This document shows positions 1-16,800 of a DNA stretch of 64,000 bases, in pieces. Both the position numbers and the translations under genes were made by a program. The stretch comes from Paraspadella gotoi (lineage: Eukaryota; Animalia; Chaetognatha): positions 11,571,130-11,635,129 of the forward strand of contig CM119263.1 of NCBI GenBank assembly GCA_051294375.1. The letters run 5' to 3'. Below the pieces are notes generated by a model that saw only the letters and a program-made list of their open reading frames with translations, did no database searches and was not told the DNA's origin. Within the stretch, counting starts at the first letter, position 1. Every line of letters begins with the position of its first letter.

Positions 1-420
1 GGAGTGAGACTGAGAGCGAGAGGGTGTTGAATGTTGAACGATGAATTTTGGGGAAAGCAAAAAAAAAAATTGTCCGTGAGTTTTTTTGTTTGGTTTTTTT
101 TTTCTTTATTTCAAAATTGTAGTTGATCAACGAAGAACCGATAAAAATTCTTTTTATTTTTTTACGAAGTCTCGACTTGAACCGGATTCCCTCCCGTCCC
201 TACCACCTCAACCATTGAGCCATCCAGCGCCAAAACTCAATCAGGCAGCCTTCATTGGAACGCGTCGCAACAAGTCACATTTCTTCCATTTTAAATATTT
301 GTGCAAAAAACATTTTCGAGCAAAGAGAGTTAGGGAGAGACCGCAGGTTTTTTTTNNNNNNNNNNTCTTTTTTACTTTCTCTCTCTCTCTCTCTCCCTTT
401 CCCTACTTTTTCTCATTTAT
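1..420 (-). repeat. Inverted partial copy of ~1450-1865 (also ~4930-5340); probable assembly artefact
   Basis: Reverse complement matches with small indels, e.g. TTCAAAATTGTAGTTGATCAACGAAGAACCGA near 110-141 vs TCGGTTCTTCGTTGATCAACTACAATTTTG at 1721-1750. Adjacent to N gaps. Confidence 0.85.
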
Positions 421-590
421 TTCTTTCTCCCTCCTTCCTCGTCCCTTCGTTTTCTTGAGAGAGAGAGAGAGAGANNNNNNNNNNNNNNNNNNNNNNNNNN
501 NNNNNNNNNNNNNNNNNNNNNNNNNNNNNNNNNNNNNNNNNNNNNNNNNNNNNNNNNNNNNNNNNNNNNNNNNNNNNNNNNNNNNNNNNN

Positions 591-627
<37 letters not shown>

Positions 628-1224
628 TGGGCGAGCGAGGAAATTTCTTCTTGTTTATTTTCGTTGTCGTCAGTTGATTTTTGGCGACGCGAGAAGGAGA
701 AAGGGAAAAAGGATAGAAGGCGGAGTTGAATTCACATTCGGGGGAATGTGGCAGGAGAGAAAGTGGACCTTGGACAACGAAGGAGAAGAAAAAAAGTAAA
801 ATAAGTAAAATAGTAAAAAAGTAATCAGTAAAATAAAAATAAAAATAAAAAAAGTTTGTAAAGCAGCGGAAGACAATTTAAAGAGTTAAGAGAGAGTCAA
901 AGCCACGGTCCTTAGGTCCGACCAACTTCACAATCCCTCCATCACCACCGCCGTCCATAACCGACCCATTAGCCCCGCCCACTTTTTTCTCTAACATAAA
1001 CTCGTCGCGAGTCTCGATTGAATGAATTTCTTTCAGACATGAAGAGACCTTTGCCTCCCTCTGCATTCTGTCCCGAGTTCCTTACTTTTCTTCTTCTAAT
1101 TCTCTTTCTTCTTTTTCGTTCGATAATTTGTCCTGTCTTCGCTGCTTCTTTTGCTCCCTCCTCTTCTTCTTCTCTCCTCTCTCTCTCTCTCTCTCTCTCN
1201 NNNNNNNNNNNNNNNNNNNNNNNN

Positions 1225-4661
<3,437 letters not shown>

Positions 4662-4686
4662 NNNNNNNNNNNNNNNNNNNNNNNNN

Positions 4687-7600
4687 TAACTGAGAAAAAA
4701 AGTAGGGAAGGAGAGAGAGAGAGAGAGAAAGTAAAAGAAAGGACAGTTTAAAAGTGAAAAAAAAAGAAGATAAAAAGAAAAAAAAGAAAGACAGCTTTCA
4801 GAAAAAGGCTCGGTGTTCGAGTCCCGTGTTCGCGGCTTCCGATGCGGCTGACGCCGGAATCGTCCTTGAATATTCATGAGAAAAGAGAGAGAGGAGAGAG
4901 AGAGAGAGAGAGAGAGAGAAGAGAGAGGAGAAGACGAAGAGAGAGTCGCTGAAAGATAAAAAAAACCTGCGGTCTCTCCTAACTCTCTTTGCTCGGAAAT
5001 GTTTTTGTTGGCCACAAATACTTTAAAATGGAAAATGTAGACTTGTTGCGGACGCCGTTTCCAATGAAGGCTGCGCTGATTGAGTGTTTTGAGCGCTGGA
5101 TGCTCAATGGTTGAGGTGGTAGGGGACCGGTGAGGGAAATCCGGTTCAAGTCGAGACTTCGTAAATAAAAATAAAAAGAATTTTTATCGGTCTTCGTTGA
5201 TTCAAACTACAATTTTTGAAATAAAAGAAAAAAAAACATAAACAAAAAAACTCACCGGACAATTTTTTTTTTTTGCTTTTCCCCAAATTTCCATGCCGTT
5301 TCAACATTCAACAGCCTCTGTCTCATCTCAACTACCCCGAAAAATGAAAATTTTTTTTCCTCGCGAAATTACACGGGGAAAAAATTCTTTAATTAGTGCT
5401 GGGCTCCTGAGCTAACCCTTTATGAGTCCTCATTTGAAATGGACGTGTCCCCAAACATCTCGAACGGACGACCAAAAAAAATATACGAAATTTCTTTTTT
5501 AGAGAGTGAGCAGAGAGAGAGAGGAATACGTATAGAGAGATGAAAAATACAGCAATGAGAGCGGGGAATGCGGGGGCGAGAGAAGAGAGACGAAGAGAGA
5601 GTAAAGTGAGAGAGTGAGTGCGAGACAAGAAATCGGAAGCCTTTTTGAATGACTCATTAACGACAACAAAATAGTCGTTAAACGCCGACCGGATGGAGAC
5701 CGAGGACGGGAACAGTTAAGGGACGTCAAGTGGAGGACCCGAAAATCAAAGAAGGAGAGAGAGAGAGAGGGAAGACGGAGAGAGTGAGGAGGAGAGAGGA
5801 GAGAGAGAGAAGAGAGAGAGAGAGCGAGAGAGAGGAGAGAGGAATGGAGAAAGAACAGAGAGAGAGACAGAGAGAGAGAGAGAAGAGAGAAGGGAGGAGA
5901 GAAGGTTTTGTTCTTTATTTATGACGGACTGGTCTGAGAAGACAGAGAACCAAGAATCGCCTCGAGAAATGTTCTAAATTATAGTTTCTCTTCTTATTCA
6001 GCTTCATTTATTTTTTTCCCACATCGCTTGATGTTTTGATGCAAGTAGAGTATCAATCACGACTAAAAATAAGCGTCTCGTCATTAAAAACCTGTGTAAT
6101 CTCTCATGAATTTTATTACGTCGACGCATGAATCGACCCCTCCGTTCGGATCTGCTCGCTCTTCATTTTCTTCTCCCAACAAATTTCTCTTTTCAATAAA
6201 AAAGACTTCACTCAGTCTTATTTTTTTTTCGTTTTCCCTCTCCTCCTTCCTCAGTACTATCTATCATTTGGTACTCCTTCCTCCTTCTTCTTCTACCTTT
6301 TTCCCTTTCCCTCTTTCTATGCTCCTCCGAACCTAGTCGGTGGATTTCTCCCTCCAAAAAAATTCTATTTTTTCTTTATTTTTTCCTTTTCAGGTAAAAA
6401 TAAAAAAGAGTGGAAAACATCTGGCGAAAGAAAAAAGGCAAAAAGCGGAGGGAAAGGTAAACTGAGCAGAAACGTGGATCACTGCCTCCCGTTTTGAAGA
6501 AGAAAAAAAAGAAAAATTTTTTTCCCATTTCATTCTTTTTTATCAGCGGGAAATTTTGGTCACCAACCCGTGTCCCGGGTAGACGGTATAAGCTGAAAAG
6601 TAAGATCCTTGTTTCCAAAAAAAGTTGGAGCCCAAAGTGGAAACCGGCGGACGCCGGTCGGGAGAGAAATGAGAGATGTGACGGAAGAGATAGAGATGAT
6701 GGAGAGAGAGAGAGAGAGAGAGAGAGGAGGAGAGAGAGAGGAGAGAGACATTCTTTACCACAAATTGAATTATATATAGAAAATCTAAAAAAATGGTTGA
6801 ACCTCATTGGTTCTCGAGAAAATCGAGATTATCCTCTCTTACTCTCAGTGCGGCTCCCTCGCCACTCTCTCGCTCGCCACTCACGGTCTCGTCTGTCTCT
6901 GTACGGCGGCGACGTGTAGAGTATCTTGTTTTCGGGGCTTCGAAGGCACGTTACGTCGATGATGAAAAAAAAAAATTACGGGCGGGAGGGTGGGGTGCGA
7001 GAGAAAAGAGCGGAGGAGAACGAACGAAACACAGTTCCGCGAGTGAGTCCCGACGAGTCGCATCGCAAGTGGGGAGAGGGAAATAAAATAAGAAAAAGGA
7101 TGGGCGGGTAATTAAAGAGGAACCGTCGAACGCCGCCTTGGGCAGGCGTTAAAAGGAAAACTTAAAACGATTCTAAGGCTCTTCCTTCAACAATTTGTCG
7201 TAGTTTACAGATTTTACTTCTCCGGATAGAAAAATATCCTTCCTTCTTACTCCGAATTCTAATTCTTATATAACTTTAACTGATGATTTGAAGTTCAGAG
7301 GGGGCATGCGCAACGTCTTTTTTTTCGGTATTGCGGAAGAGGCATTATTAATAGAATATAATTCAAAAGAATTTTCTACAAGATATTATACTACGTTCAT
7401 TATTCGACGATTCAAGTTTTTGTATTAAACACCACCATAGCAGTGAGTGCGTTCTCTTAAATTTCGTTACACTAATAAATGCAGAAAAGCGACTCATACT
7501 TTCTTTATGTCGCTGTTTATTCGCTGCATCCTCAGCCTATGAGACTCACATCAAGGTCTTCCAATGACTTCGACCTCTCTCTGTCGCGTCTCTCTCTCTC

Positions 7601-8237
7601 TCCTCTCTCGTCTTCTCTCTCTTTCTCTCTCTCTCTTCTCTCTCTCTTCTCATCCTCTTCGTCTCTCGTTCTCTCTCTCTTCTCTCTCTCGTCTTCCTCT
7701 CTCTCTCTCTCTCTCTCTCCTCTCAACCCGAGAAATTCCCTTTCGACCGCCGGCCAATCGTCCCCGGATGTCGAATCTTGCAAAAGAGCCCGTATGTTAT
7801 TGTGGCGACCTCGACACCGTTCGCGGAGGTCATCGGCGGCATTCGGAGCGATGACCTCGTCCCGGACTCGAAAGGCAAAAGTCCCATAAACACGGGGAAT
7901 TGGGCGAGGAAGAGGAATAAGTAGGAGGAGAAAAGAGTGCGGGGGCACACCCGAAAAACTGAATTTGAAAAGGATTTAAAACTTTGAAAAAGGTTTTTTT
8001 TCGAGATGTAAAAAGTGAATAGGTGTTCGAAGGATAAAAAAAAAGTCACTTTTTTCTTTTTCGAAACGATAAGAAGGGTTTGGTCCGAGAAATAGAAAAA
8101 AAAACAAGGAGAGGACCAAAGTGTTTTAGCGCAGCTCGTCTTGATATTATTTTTTTCCCATGGCTTCTGAGCACGTGTTGGTCCTCGCTGGGTCTCCTCA
8201 ACCGGCTAGTTCAATCAGAATAGGGTATCCATTTATT
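4687..8237 (+). repeat. Copy 2 of the duplication, indel-rich (long-read-like errors)
   Basis: Same start and end sequence as 1225-4661. Differences are mostly 1-2 nt insertions, and the pure (GA)n tracts of copy 1 are corrupted. Confidence 0.9.
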
Positions 8238-8693
8238 ATAGCTTAGGACAAAAGAAAAAAACCAAAGAGATAAAATGTTTTTGAAAAATAGAAATTTCGT
8301 GAATAATGGAAATTTTATTTTTTCTTAATGGAAATCATCTGTGCAATATTTTTTCAGCAAAACTATTTTCCTTTGTTTCTTTACATTTTTTTTTTTTGTA
8401 GACGTCGATGAATGAAACGGAAAAGTCACATAAAAGACTTTGAGTAAAAGCGCTTCACAAAACTCGGCGTCGAAACTCTATTCGTTCCCATTTCGTTTTA
8501 AATTGTTTAGACAATTCAAGTAAACGATCGTAAACCAGTGACCGGGAATCATTTTTGTTTTCTACGTAATCTACGCTGTGTCGCCAACTTATATATAAGG
8601 ACTTTCGTAATTATGTTTACTTTGTCCCCTCGTTTTTGTTAATGTCCGCTTCTTCCACCTTCTCTCTTTTTCCTTCTTTTTTCTCCCTTCTTT

Positions 8694-8905
8694 CCTCTCT
8701 TCCTCTCTCGCTCTCCCCGTCACTCCCTCTCCGCTTCTTCTCATTACTCTCTTCCTCTCTTCCTCTCTCGCTCTCCCCGTCACCCCCTCTCTAAATCTCC
8801 GCTTCTTCTCATTTCTCTCTTCCTCTCTCGCTCTCCCCGTCACTCCCTCTCTAAATCTCTGCTTCTTCTCATTTCTCTCTTCCTCGATTCCGTCTCGCTC
8901 TCCCC
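8694..8905. repeat. Pyrimidine-rich minisatellite, ~60 bp unit, ~3.5 copies
   Basis: TCCTCTCTCGCTCTCCCCGTCAC recurs at 8701, 8761 and 8821, with a degenerate copy at ~8881. Confidence 0.85.
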
Positions 8906-10733
8906 GAGTCCTCGATTCGAGAGAAATCAATTCGTCTTCGGTGACTTCTCCCCTTCTTTGCCCCACAATCCCCACAACCGCCAAAAGCCCGACGACGCCC
9001 CCACAGCACTCCCCACCACCTCGCCCGCCCTTCACTTCTCCGCGCCCCCTTGAGGCCAAAATTTGTCGAAAAATTTTCTTCGACAAAAAATTTTTTTTCC
9101 CCTTCCTAAAAAAAAAAAATAAACTTGATTTGGGTAAATTTTGGTTGACAGGAAGCGAAAAAAAAATAAAAAGAATAAAATCTAAAAATGTTTATTTTCG
9201 ATGTTGTTCCGAAGTTCGGACAAGAAAATAAGAGTTTTCTCTCTCGATTTTTTTTTTCTCTTTTTTTTATTTTGTCGTTGGGTCTTTTGTATCTTATCTC
9301 CGGGTTATTTTCCCCACAACACGTAAACTAAAGAATTGAAGGTTTTTTTCTTTAAATTTTAAAAACTTGTTATATTATATTTATAATAAAGGAAATATTT
9401 CTCTTTTATTAAGACTTTTTGGTTTTCTTTAGTACGCATAGTCACACGTACACTCTGATTCTCTCTCTCTCTCTCTCTCCTCTCTCTCTTCCATATTCTC
9501 TCTCTCTTTCAATTTCTATCTATTAAAGAAAAAACAGCGCATCTTCACTTGCGATTCGTATTTCAAAAATCGTGTTTTTTCTACGTCACACACAATCTCT
9601 CTCTCTCTCTGTATCTCTCTTTCTCTCTCTCTTTCTTTCCCCTCCGCCGCGATTTGGCAATGCCAATTTCAGAGCCTGCAAAATTTTGAGGTGACCCTTT
9701 CGACCCCGCAGGCTCCAATTTCAAAAAATTTCAAAGAGATATTGCGTTTTCTCAACTTCTCTCCCCTCCCACCTCTCTCTCCCCGACTTCCAACCCTCCA
9801 CAGTCGCATCGCCCTCCTACTCCCCCCCGTCTTCCCTTCCGCGTTGTATGATCTGAATTTCATGCATGGATGCAGTCAAGGGGCTTCGGTGGAATCGTAT
9901 TGTGAATTTTTTTATATATGCTTTCCCCCCCATCGGCACAAACGTTCAAAAAGGTGCTCTCTCTCTATCTCTCTTTCTCTTTCTCTCTCTCTCTCTCCCT
10001 CTCTCTCTCTCTCTTTCTCTTTTCTTTTTTTTATCTTCAAGAGGAAATTGAAACTAGGAAAAGATCCATATACTACTAGGTTCCTACTACTTTTTTTTTT
10101 TTGCATTTTTCAAAATAAAATTTTTGTGTTTCAGACGCGTCAGAGTCGGCGACCTTTTTGAACCTCTTAGTATATTTCGCCTCAACTAGTTCCTCATTCA
10201 CCCTTTTCTTTAATGCATATCAATCTCATTTTTTCCCCCTTTCCTTCTCTTCCTCTTTGTCTCTTTCTCCCCTCCCGCTCTGTCCCTCTCTTTTTCCCAA
10301 TTTCCGCCTCTGCCCATCTTTCTTCCCCTTGTTCCCCCTTCCCTCTCTCTCTCCCTCACCTACGAAAAGGAGTGAAATCGTAATCTAGTGAAATTCGGGA
10401 AAAAAGCCTCCGAGGATGAGAGGAGGAGGAGGAGGAGGACTGAGGAGGAAGAGCGAGCCAATTTTAAGATGGAAGTACAAAAGGAAGTGATAAACTTTTT
10501 GGGGAGGGACGAAGGGAGTTTTGGAAAGGATAGGATCGGGGTAAGGATTCGTGTGAAAAGGAAGAGTTCTCTGAATAGATATATTTAAAAAAGTAAACGA
10601 ACAATCGTATTGTTATTCATATTGTTATTATTATCATGATTGTTAATATTTATTATTGATCAGAGTTAAAATACGGCAACAGTTATTCCTCAATAATCCT
10701 CCTCCGCAACAAAGAGAGAGAGAGAGATGAGAT

Positions 10734-10772
<39 letters not shown>

Positions 10773-12152
10773 CGACGGGCAGAGATCACAGACAAATAGA
10801 TTCCAATTTTTCCAATTGGTCGGTGCGCCGTTGCCGACTGCCGCTCGCCTTTCCGATGATATTAAAGATTTTATCTATTGAAAAGTCGTCGTTGTTGTTG
10901 TTGTAGCAGTTGTGCTTAGAAGCGCTAAAACGTGGGATATACTTGAGACGGTCGATGCGGCTCCAAGTGGAAAAAATTGTTTTTCTTTAGCGGAAACCAA
11001 TTTACAATCTGATACGGAGCAATACACTACCTACTAATAGTTCGACTTACTAATAGCTCGACTATTGTACTATTTCGTAATTTGCCTCCGATTTGGTACC
11101 AATGAAAAGCGTTGTAACTTGGATCAAAAAAAATATTCCACTTCAAGTCAGACGCCTTTCGGGTTTAGAAATTTCCGTCGAAACGAATTTCCAAAGCAAA
11201 GAAATATTTAAATCACGTATTTTTCGCATATAAACGGTTTCTCCCGGTCAATTCTTGTTGTTCTTGAAGCAATAATTTTTCGTCTCAGCGATTCCATTAT
11301 AAAAGAGGACCAAAAATTGTCGAAAAGCTTTTAGAGTTTTAAATTTCCTTTTTTTTTTTCTTTGAAATTTTGTAAATTCTAACCCAACAAAGTGACAGGT
11401 TTTAGCTTAGTAAAAGTTGTAATACCTGTCGAACTGAGATATTAGTATCCGTTCTTCTTTGCTCTGGCGCATATTTTGAGTGCACCGTCTATGTCTGCCG
11501 GCGCGCTTAAAGCGCGTCCTCCACCCTCGCCGACGAACCGGCTTCGTCTGAATTGTATTTCGATTTTGATTTGATTTCGTCGTCGCCGCGTTAAAAAGCG
11601 GCGCTTCTTTTCTTCAACGTCGTCGACGTCGTCGCCATCGTTGTCGCCGGGAAGACGTAAGGTCATTGGGGCCAACGAGAAAATGCGTCACGTGATTTTT
11701 GTTAGCGTGACAAGAAAATAACACGTGATTTCAATTTCTATCTTCACGAATATCCGCTTTTTGATTTGATGCAAGGACAGAAATCGGTTGGAATCGCTGT
11801 TTAGAACATTTTTTGAAAATCTCCCCTTTTCCCTAAATGATTATTTTTTCGATCAGAAAAAAATTTTTAGGATAATTTTTTGCAAAAAAACAAAATTTGA
11901 ATTTGAGTCAATACAAGAGGGGAAGCCTGGCACATCATGTGACTTCTTTTTAAAGAAAAAAAAATAAAGAAAAGAGAAAGAGAAAATCTTTGAACCCAAT
12001 TTTTGTTTTAAACGTTATTAATAAAAATAATATTAACTATATTTTCAAACATCTCTTACGCGTTGCACGCGAGTTAACAAACGTACGCAGATGAAGCTTC
12101 CGCTTTCTCTGACTCGGGGTTTGCTAATTTCAATCCTTTCTTTTCATTTCAG

Positions 12153-12376
12153 CGTTGTTGGCAAAGCAGCAAAGAAACTTCTACGGAAAACCTGGGCAAT
12201 GAGGCTCAACAAAAATCAGGTTAATAAATCTCGTCGATGTCAATTCTATTTTCGATTAATAACTGTCCAGAAACGTTTTAATTTTTTTATTTGATCAGGT
12301 CCGGGTTCGCGCCTTGAGTCCCCAAATTTCGTCGACAAAGATGACAAATTCCAAAACAAATCCAGCAAAAATCCCG
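12153..12376 (+). other. Two candidate upstream exons of the E93-like gene (12153-12219, 12299-12376)
   Basis: Flanks are TTTCAG|...|GTTAAT and ATCAG|...|GTGAGA. Read as RCWQSSKETSTENLGNEAQQKS-GPGSRLESPNFVDKDDKFQNKSSKNP they are stop-free and join exon 12926 in phase 1. No start codon or homology found, so they may be UTR. Confidence 0.4.
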
Positions 12377-12666
12377 GTGAGAAACGTTACAGTAATCGTT
12401 CGATATTTATTTATAATATTCTACATGGTATAGTTTTTCTTTTTTTTTCAACGCAACTTCAAAGTTTTGGGGTAAATGCCTCTTTCGTTTTCGAAAAAAA
12501 AGTTAGGATTTTTCGAACAATAGAGTTCGTAGACAATAAGCAACATCGATTGTCTAGGGTCGTTGGCTTCTTCCAAAAAAAAAGTATCTTTTTTCCTCTT
12601 CTTATCCATTCAAAAGTCTTTTTTTTAACCCCCTTTATTGTCTGCTCATGTCAAGCCCTGATATGT

Positions 12667-12775
<109 letters not shown>

Positions 12776-12925
12776 CTCGTCAGAAGTACATTTGCGTCAT
12801 CTGTCTCTCCCTCTCTTTTCCGTTATCAACGAAAGGGTCATCGACAATAGTTGGAGGGTTATCCCGACCCGAGCGCTTCCTCCTCCTCCTCCTCCTCATC
12901 CCCTTTTTCTTCCTGATCCGCTTAG

Positions 12926-13816
12926 GTCCCCTTGGCGGCGACGACGACGATGAAGACGACAAGGACGTCGTCAAGGCTTTGTCGCCCCCTCGCCTCCGTT
13001 CCCGCGCTCGATCCGGCGTCGCCGCCTTGGACGATGACGACGCCGGCGCCTCGGCGGATGGCGCCGATTCAACCCTCGACGCCGGCGCCCCATCGCCGCC
13101 CCCGTCGACGCCGTCAAACCAGCGCCTTTCCTCTCCGGCGTGTTCGTCTCCCGCCGGAAGCGGCGCCGGGGTTGGCACTGTCGGGATCGGTACCGCCTCC
13201 TCTTCAGCACCGTATCCTTCGCCGCTAGAAATGTGGGCGGCTCGTGGCGGTTTAGTTTCCGGCGGTCCGACCGACGGCGCGACGCAGCACCTGTTTCCCC
13301 ATCATCCGCATCCTCATCATCATCACCATCATCATCTTCACCCTCATCCACAACATCATCGAGCGTTGGCTGCCGTCGCCGGATTCGGCTTCGGCGAGGC
13401 GGCGATGGGAGCGTCGACGACGACGTCGACGTCCCACGTGACGACTTCCGGAGGCGTCGTCATTTCTCCCACCTCTACGCCGGCGTCTTTCGCACTCTTT
13501 CAATTGAAGCAGCATAGCGACAAGAAACAACAGCTACTGCAGCAGCATCATCATCAACAACAACAGTGTCATCCACTGTCGCAACAGCAGCAGTTGGAAC
13601 TGAACCGGCGATCCGCCTATCCGGCGTCGTCGGCGCGTTCCAACGTCCCAGGGATTCCAAGTCCAGTCGCCACGTCTTCCATCGGGGGCGTTTCTACTCA
13701 TCAACAGCAGCACGAGACGCCTCTCGATCTTAGCTCTGCCACACCTCCCCCAGAGACGGCGCCGGGACTCGGGGTTGGTGTTAAATCTGGTTTTAACGCC
13801 TCCGACTTATTGAAAG
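12926..13816 (+). CDS. E93: E93-like exon with poly-His, poly-Gln and PLDLS
   Basis: GC-rich open frame. Pyrimidine tract plus CTTAG acceptor at 12921-12925; donor AAG|GT at 13817. Confidence 0.75.
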
Positions 13817-16800
13817 GTGCTTTCAGACAGAAACTTTGACATAGTTTGAATAGAAACTGAAAAACGTCGAACATTTTCTCCCTCCTACAGGTATGACTGC
13901 GGTGGACAACTCCCAAGCTCCTCTCGGCTCTTACCCAGTTGGCGTTGAAGCCCTGCGCCTCTCTCAGTCCACCGCCCCATCGCTCTGCCAGTTTTCCCTG
14001 ACGGGGACCCGTGCGCCACCCCCTTCGATCCCCGCTGCTGATCCCTACCATCATCCTTTCGCCCCGCATCAATTCTGTCCCCGCCCGTTGACGCCGCACG
14101 GCCCGACGTCCCCATCGGCGTCCGGGCCGACGACCGGAAGCCCTGCGGGATCCCTGTCCCCCAGGCCGACGGCCCCTGGGGTTTTGCCCAACTTGGCGGG
14201 GTGAGTACAGCAAAAGACAAAATTACTCCCATGTCTTTACTTTATGAAAGATAAGCGTAAATTTGGAAAGACTACTTTGAGACTTTGTTTTCTTTATAAA
14301 AATTTTAAAAAATAAAGCCCATCTATATCAGAAACGAATGGAAATAAATTTTTTAAAATCGAGTTGGGTTTTTTCCTTCCCACGTTCGTAGAGAGCCGAA
14401 TCGAAAAAAAAAATATAGATAAAATAAAAACGCGAGAGCATTTCCTTGCAGTGGTCAGTGCTCGTGCATTGATTAGCCAATGGAGATAGACATCGCCGAG
14501 AGTTGTCAGCTCACATGTTGTGTGTCGGCAGAAACAATTGAAAGGCAGCACGGACCGACCATCGCCTCACGACTACAACCGCGCCCGACATTCGTTGGCC
14601 AGAGAGAGACGCTCCGGCCACGGCGAGTTAATCCGTAATAGGTTTTATGCCTTCGGACATGAGACAGGAGCGAGCAAACGATAATTATCCTCTCCTCACA
14701 ACGCGAATCAAACAACTTAGGAGAAAAAGCTTTTTTTCCTCGCTGCGTCGTCACCTTTCTTTAGCGTCAGCACTGATTTTTTCCATAATTTTAACATTGC
14801 CAAAATGAAAATTCGTCTCGGTCTAAATTTCTCAGCTCCATTAGATGGACTACTGCTGATATGGGAGAAGGTAAGGATGTTCTGTTTCTAATTTTTGAGA
14901 ATGCCAGCGGTAAACTCAAATCTAATTCATGGTAGTGTAGCTAATACTATGCTAATAAACAATAAAAGGATTCTAAATACCTTATATGTAGATATCCTTC
15001 CTAAAAAATGCTTAGGTCATCCTAACCCTTCAGAGCTGCTTTCACTAAAAAAAATTTGGCCCTCCAGCTTTCACTATAGAAAAAAAACCATTGTTGAGGC
15101 ATGGACAGCTATTCATCCCTGATCTACTTTATTCAGTTGTCTACTAACAATAGATACAAGAAAGAGTGTACTAATGGTGTATGACTAAAGCCACTTAAAT
15201 ATTTTTTTGGGAAAATACATTCGAATAAAAGCAGCGCTGAAAACTGTCTTCGCTAAATTAGCACGCCATCTTGCCTTTCGAATTATCAGCGCTGCAGTAT
15301 GGTAATAAGAGAGGTTTGCACTATTTTTTGGCTAGAGGCAGCCATGTTGGATTTTGGATATTTTGGATGTCGCTTACCACATAGCTTCCTTCGAGCACTG
15401 ATCTTTGCCAGATAGAACAAATACCCGAGCAGTGCTGGGTTCTTCAGTACTGAAGACTTGTGCTCGTGTTAGCCTATGCAACGAATGTGTACAGAGGGGA
15501 TTACTTTCACAGCGTAATTGAAGGCGAGCAAGAGGAGAGGGGAAAAGATGGGATGAAGAAGAGGAGGAGGAAGCAAAAATCACGTGATCTCTTCTCTGAT
15601 GGCTCTTCTTCGTCTTCAGCATCATCTTCTTGTTCCTCAGAACTTAAAATGGCTTCCTTCTTCTTTTTCTTCCTCCTCTTGGCCATTGAGACGACGACGC
15701 TGTAGCCTCCTACCCATTGTTTTTGTTATCAGAGGCTCCTCGTAGACTTTCTCCTCATCTTTATCCTTTCTTCCTATTGGCTCCTTTGGGTCTCCTTGGT
15801 GGTTTTCTTCTTGGGGATTGTCAAGCTCCCCAGCCTTTGTACTTCATGCATGTCTATGCATCGCTGAACCGTCTTATCCTTCACCACCCATCGCCTCTCG
15901 CTGCCGCCGGCGACGACGTCTTCAGGAGGATATACGTCTATTATTGGATATTGCTCAATGATGGCGATGCGCGTTCCTTGTTCTCCCTTCCGAGAAGCAG
16001 GTAGGGGAGGAGTTACCATTGTTCGCTTTTATTAAGCGCTGTTGTTATCAGTCGGCAAGACAAATATCAGTGCCTCAGCCACTGATGTTGTCAAGATATT
16101 CAACCAATGATATTAAAAGAGGAATCATTAGAAACTTTCTTTCACTCTTCTTTGAGAACATTGATAGCTCAATAAAAACTTTCTTTGCATTGATTGCTCA
16201 TGCTGAAATTTACAACGGTTCTCTGTTTCTCATTCTGGCATGGGTAACAAAAGACTGTTGACGGTTGTGATCCTCATGCTTTTAAGTTTACTGCCTTCTG
16301 AATAAAGATTGGCTGCAGTATATCAAGAATTGCCTGTTGCACTTCAATATTTTACTCTATCATTATACACTTTTATCCAAAATATTCGTGATGTCATAAC
16401 GATACCGATTTAATGTTATTATTCTCTTGTAAAATCGATCATTTGATGAGGTCCACTTTATAAATAAAAAAAAAAGTCTAAACGGTGCTTGATTGGTCCT
16501 TCCGTTTTCCCAACGAGCCATATGATTCATCTTGGCCTGTGCTGTCAATACTCAATACACATCGAAGGTCGCGGTGATCTTCCACGTCTCGACCCTGGGG
16601 CAGTGGTCATAATACACTCTCATGGGAGAAGGCGAAACCGCTTTTATTTAAGAGGCATGAAACAAATCCTTTTGTTTGATTCTTTCCCACGAAATTTCAA
16701 CGGGTTTTCGTCCACTTTTTGTGAAAACATTCAGCAAAAAAATTAACCAAAAAACTTTTAAAAGGAGAGAAACCATTGTTTCCATTAAATGAAAAAAAAA

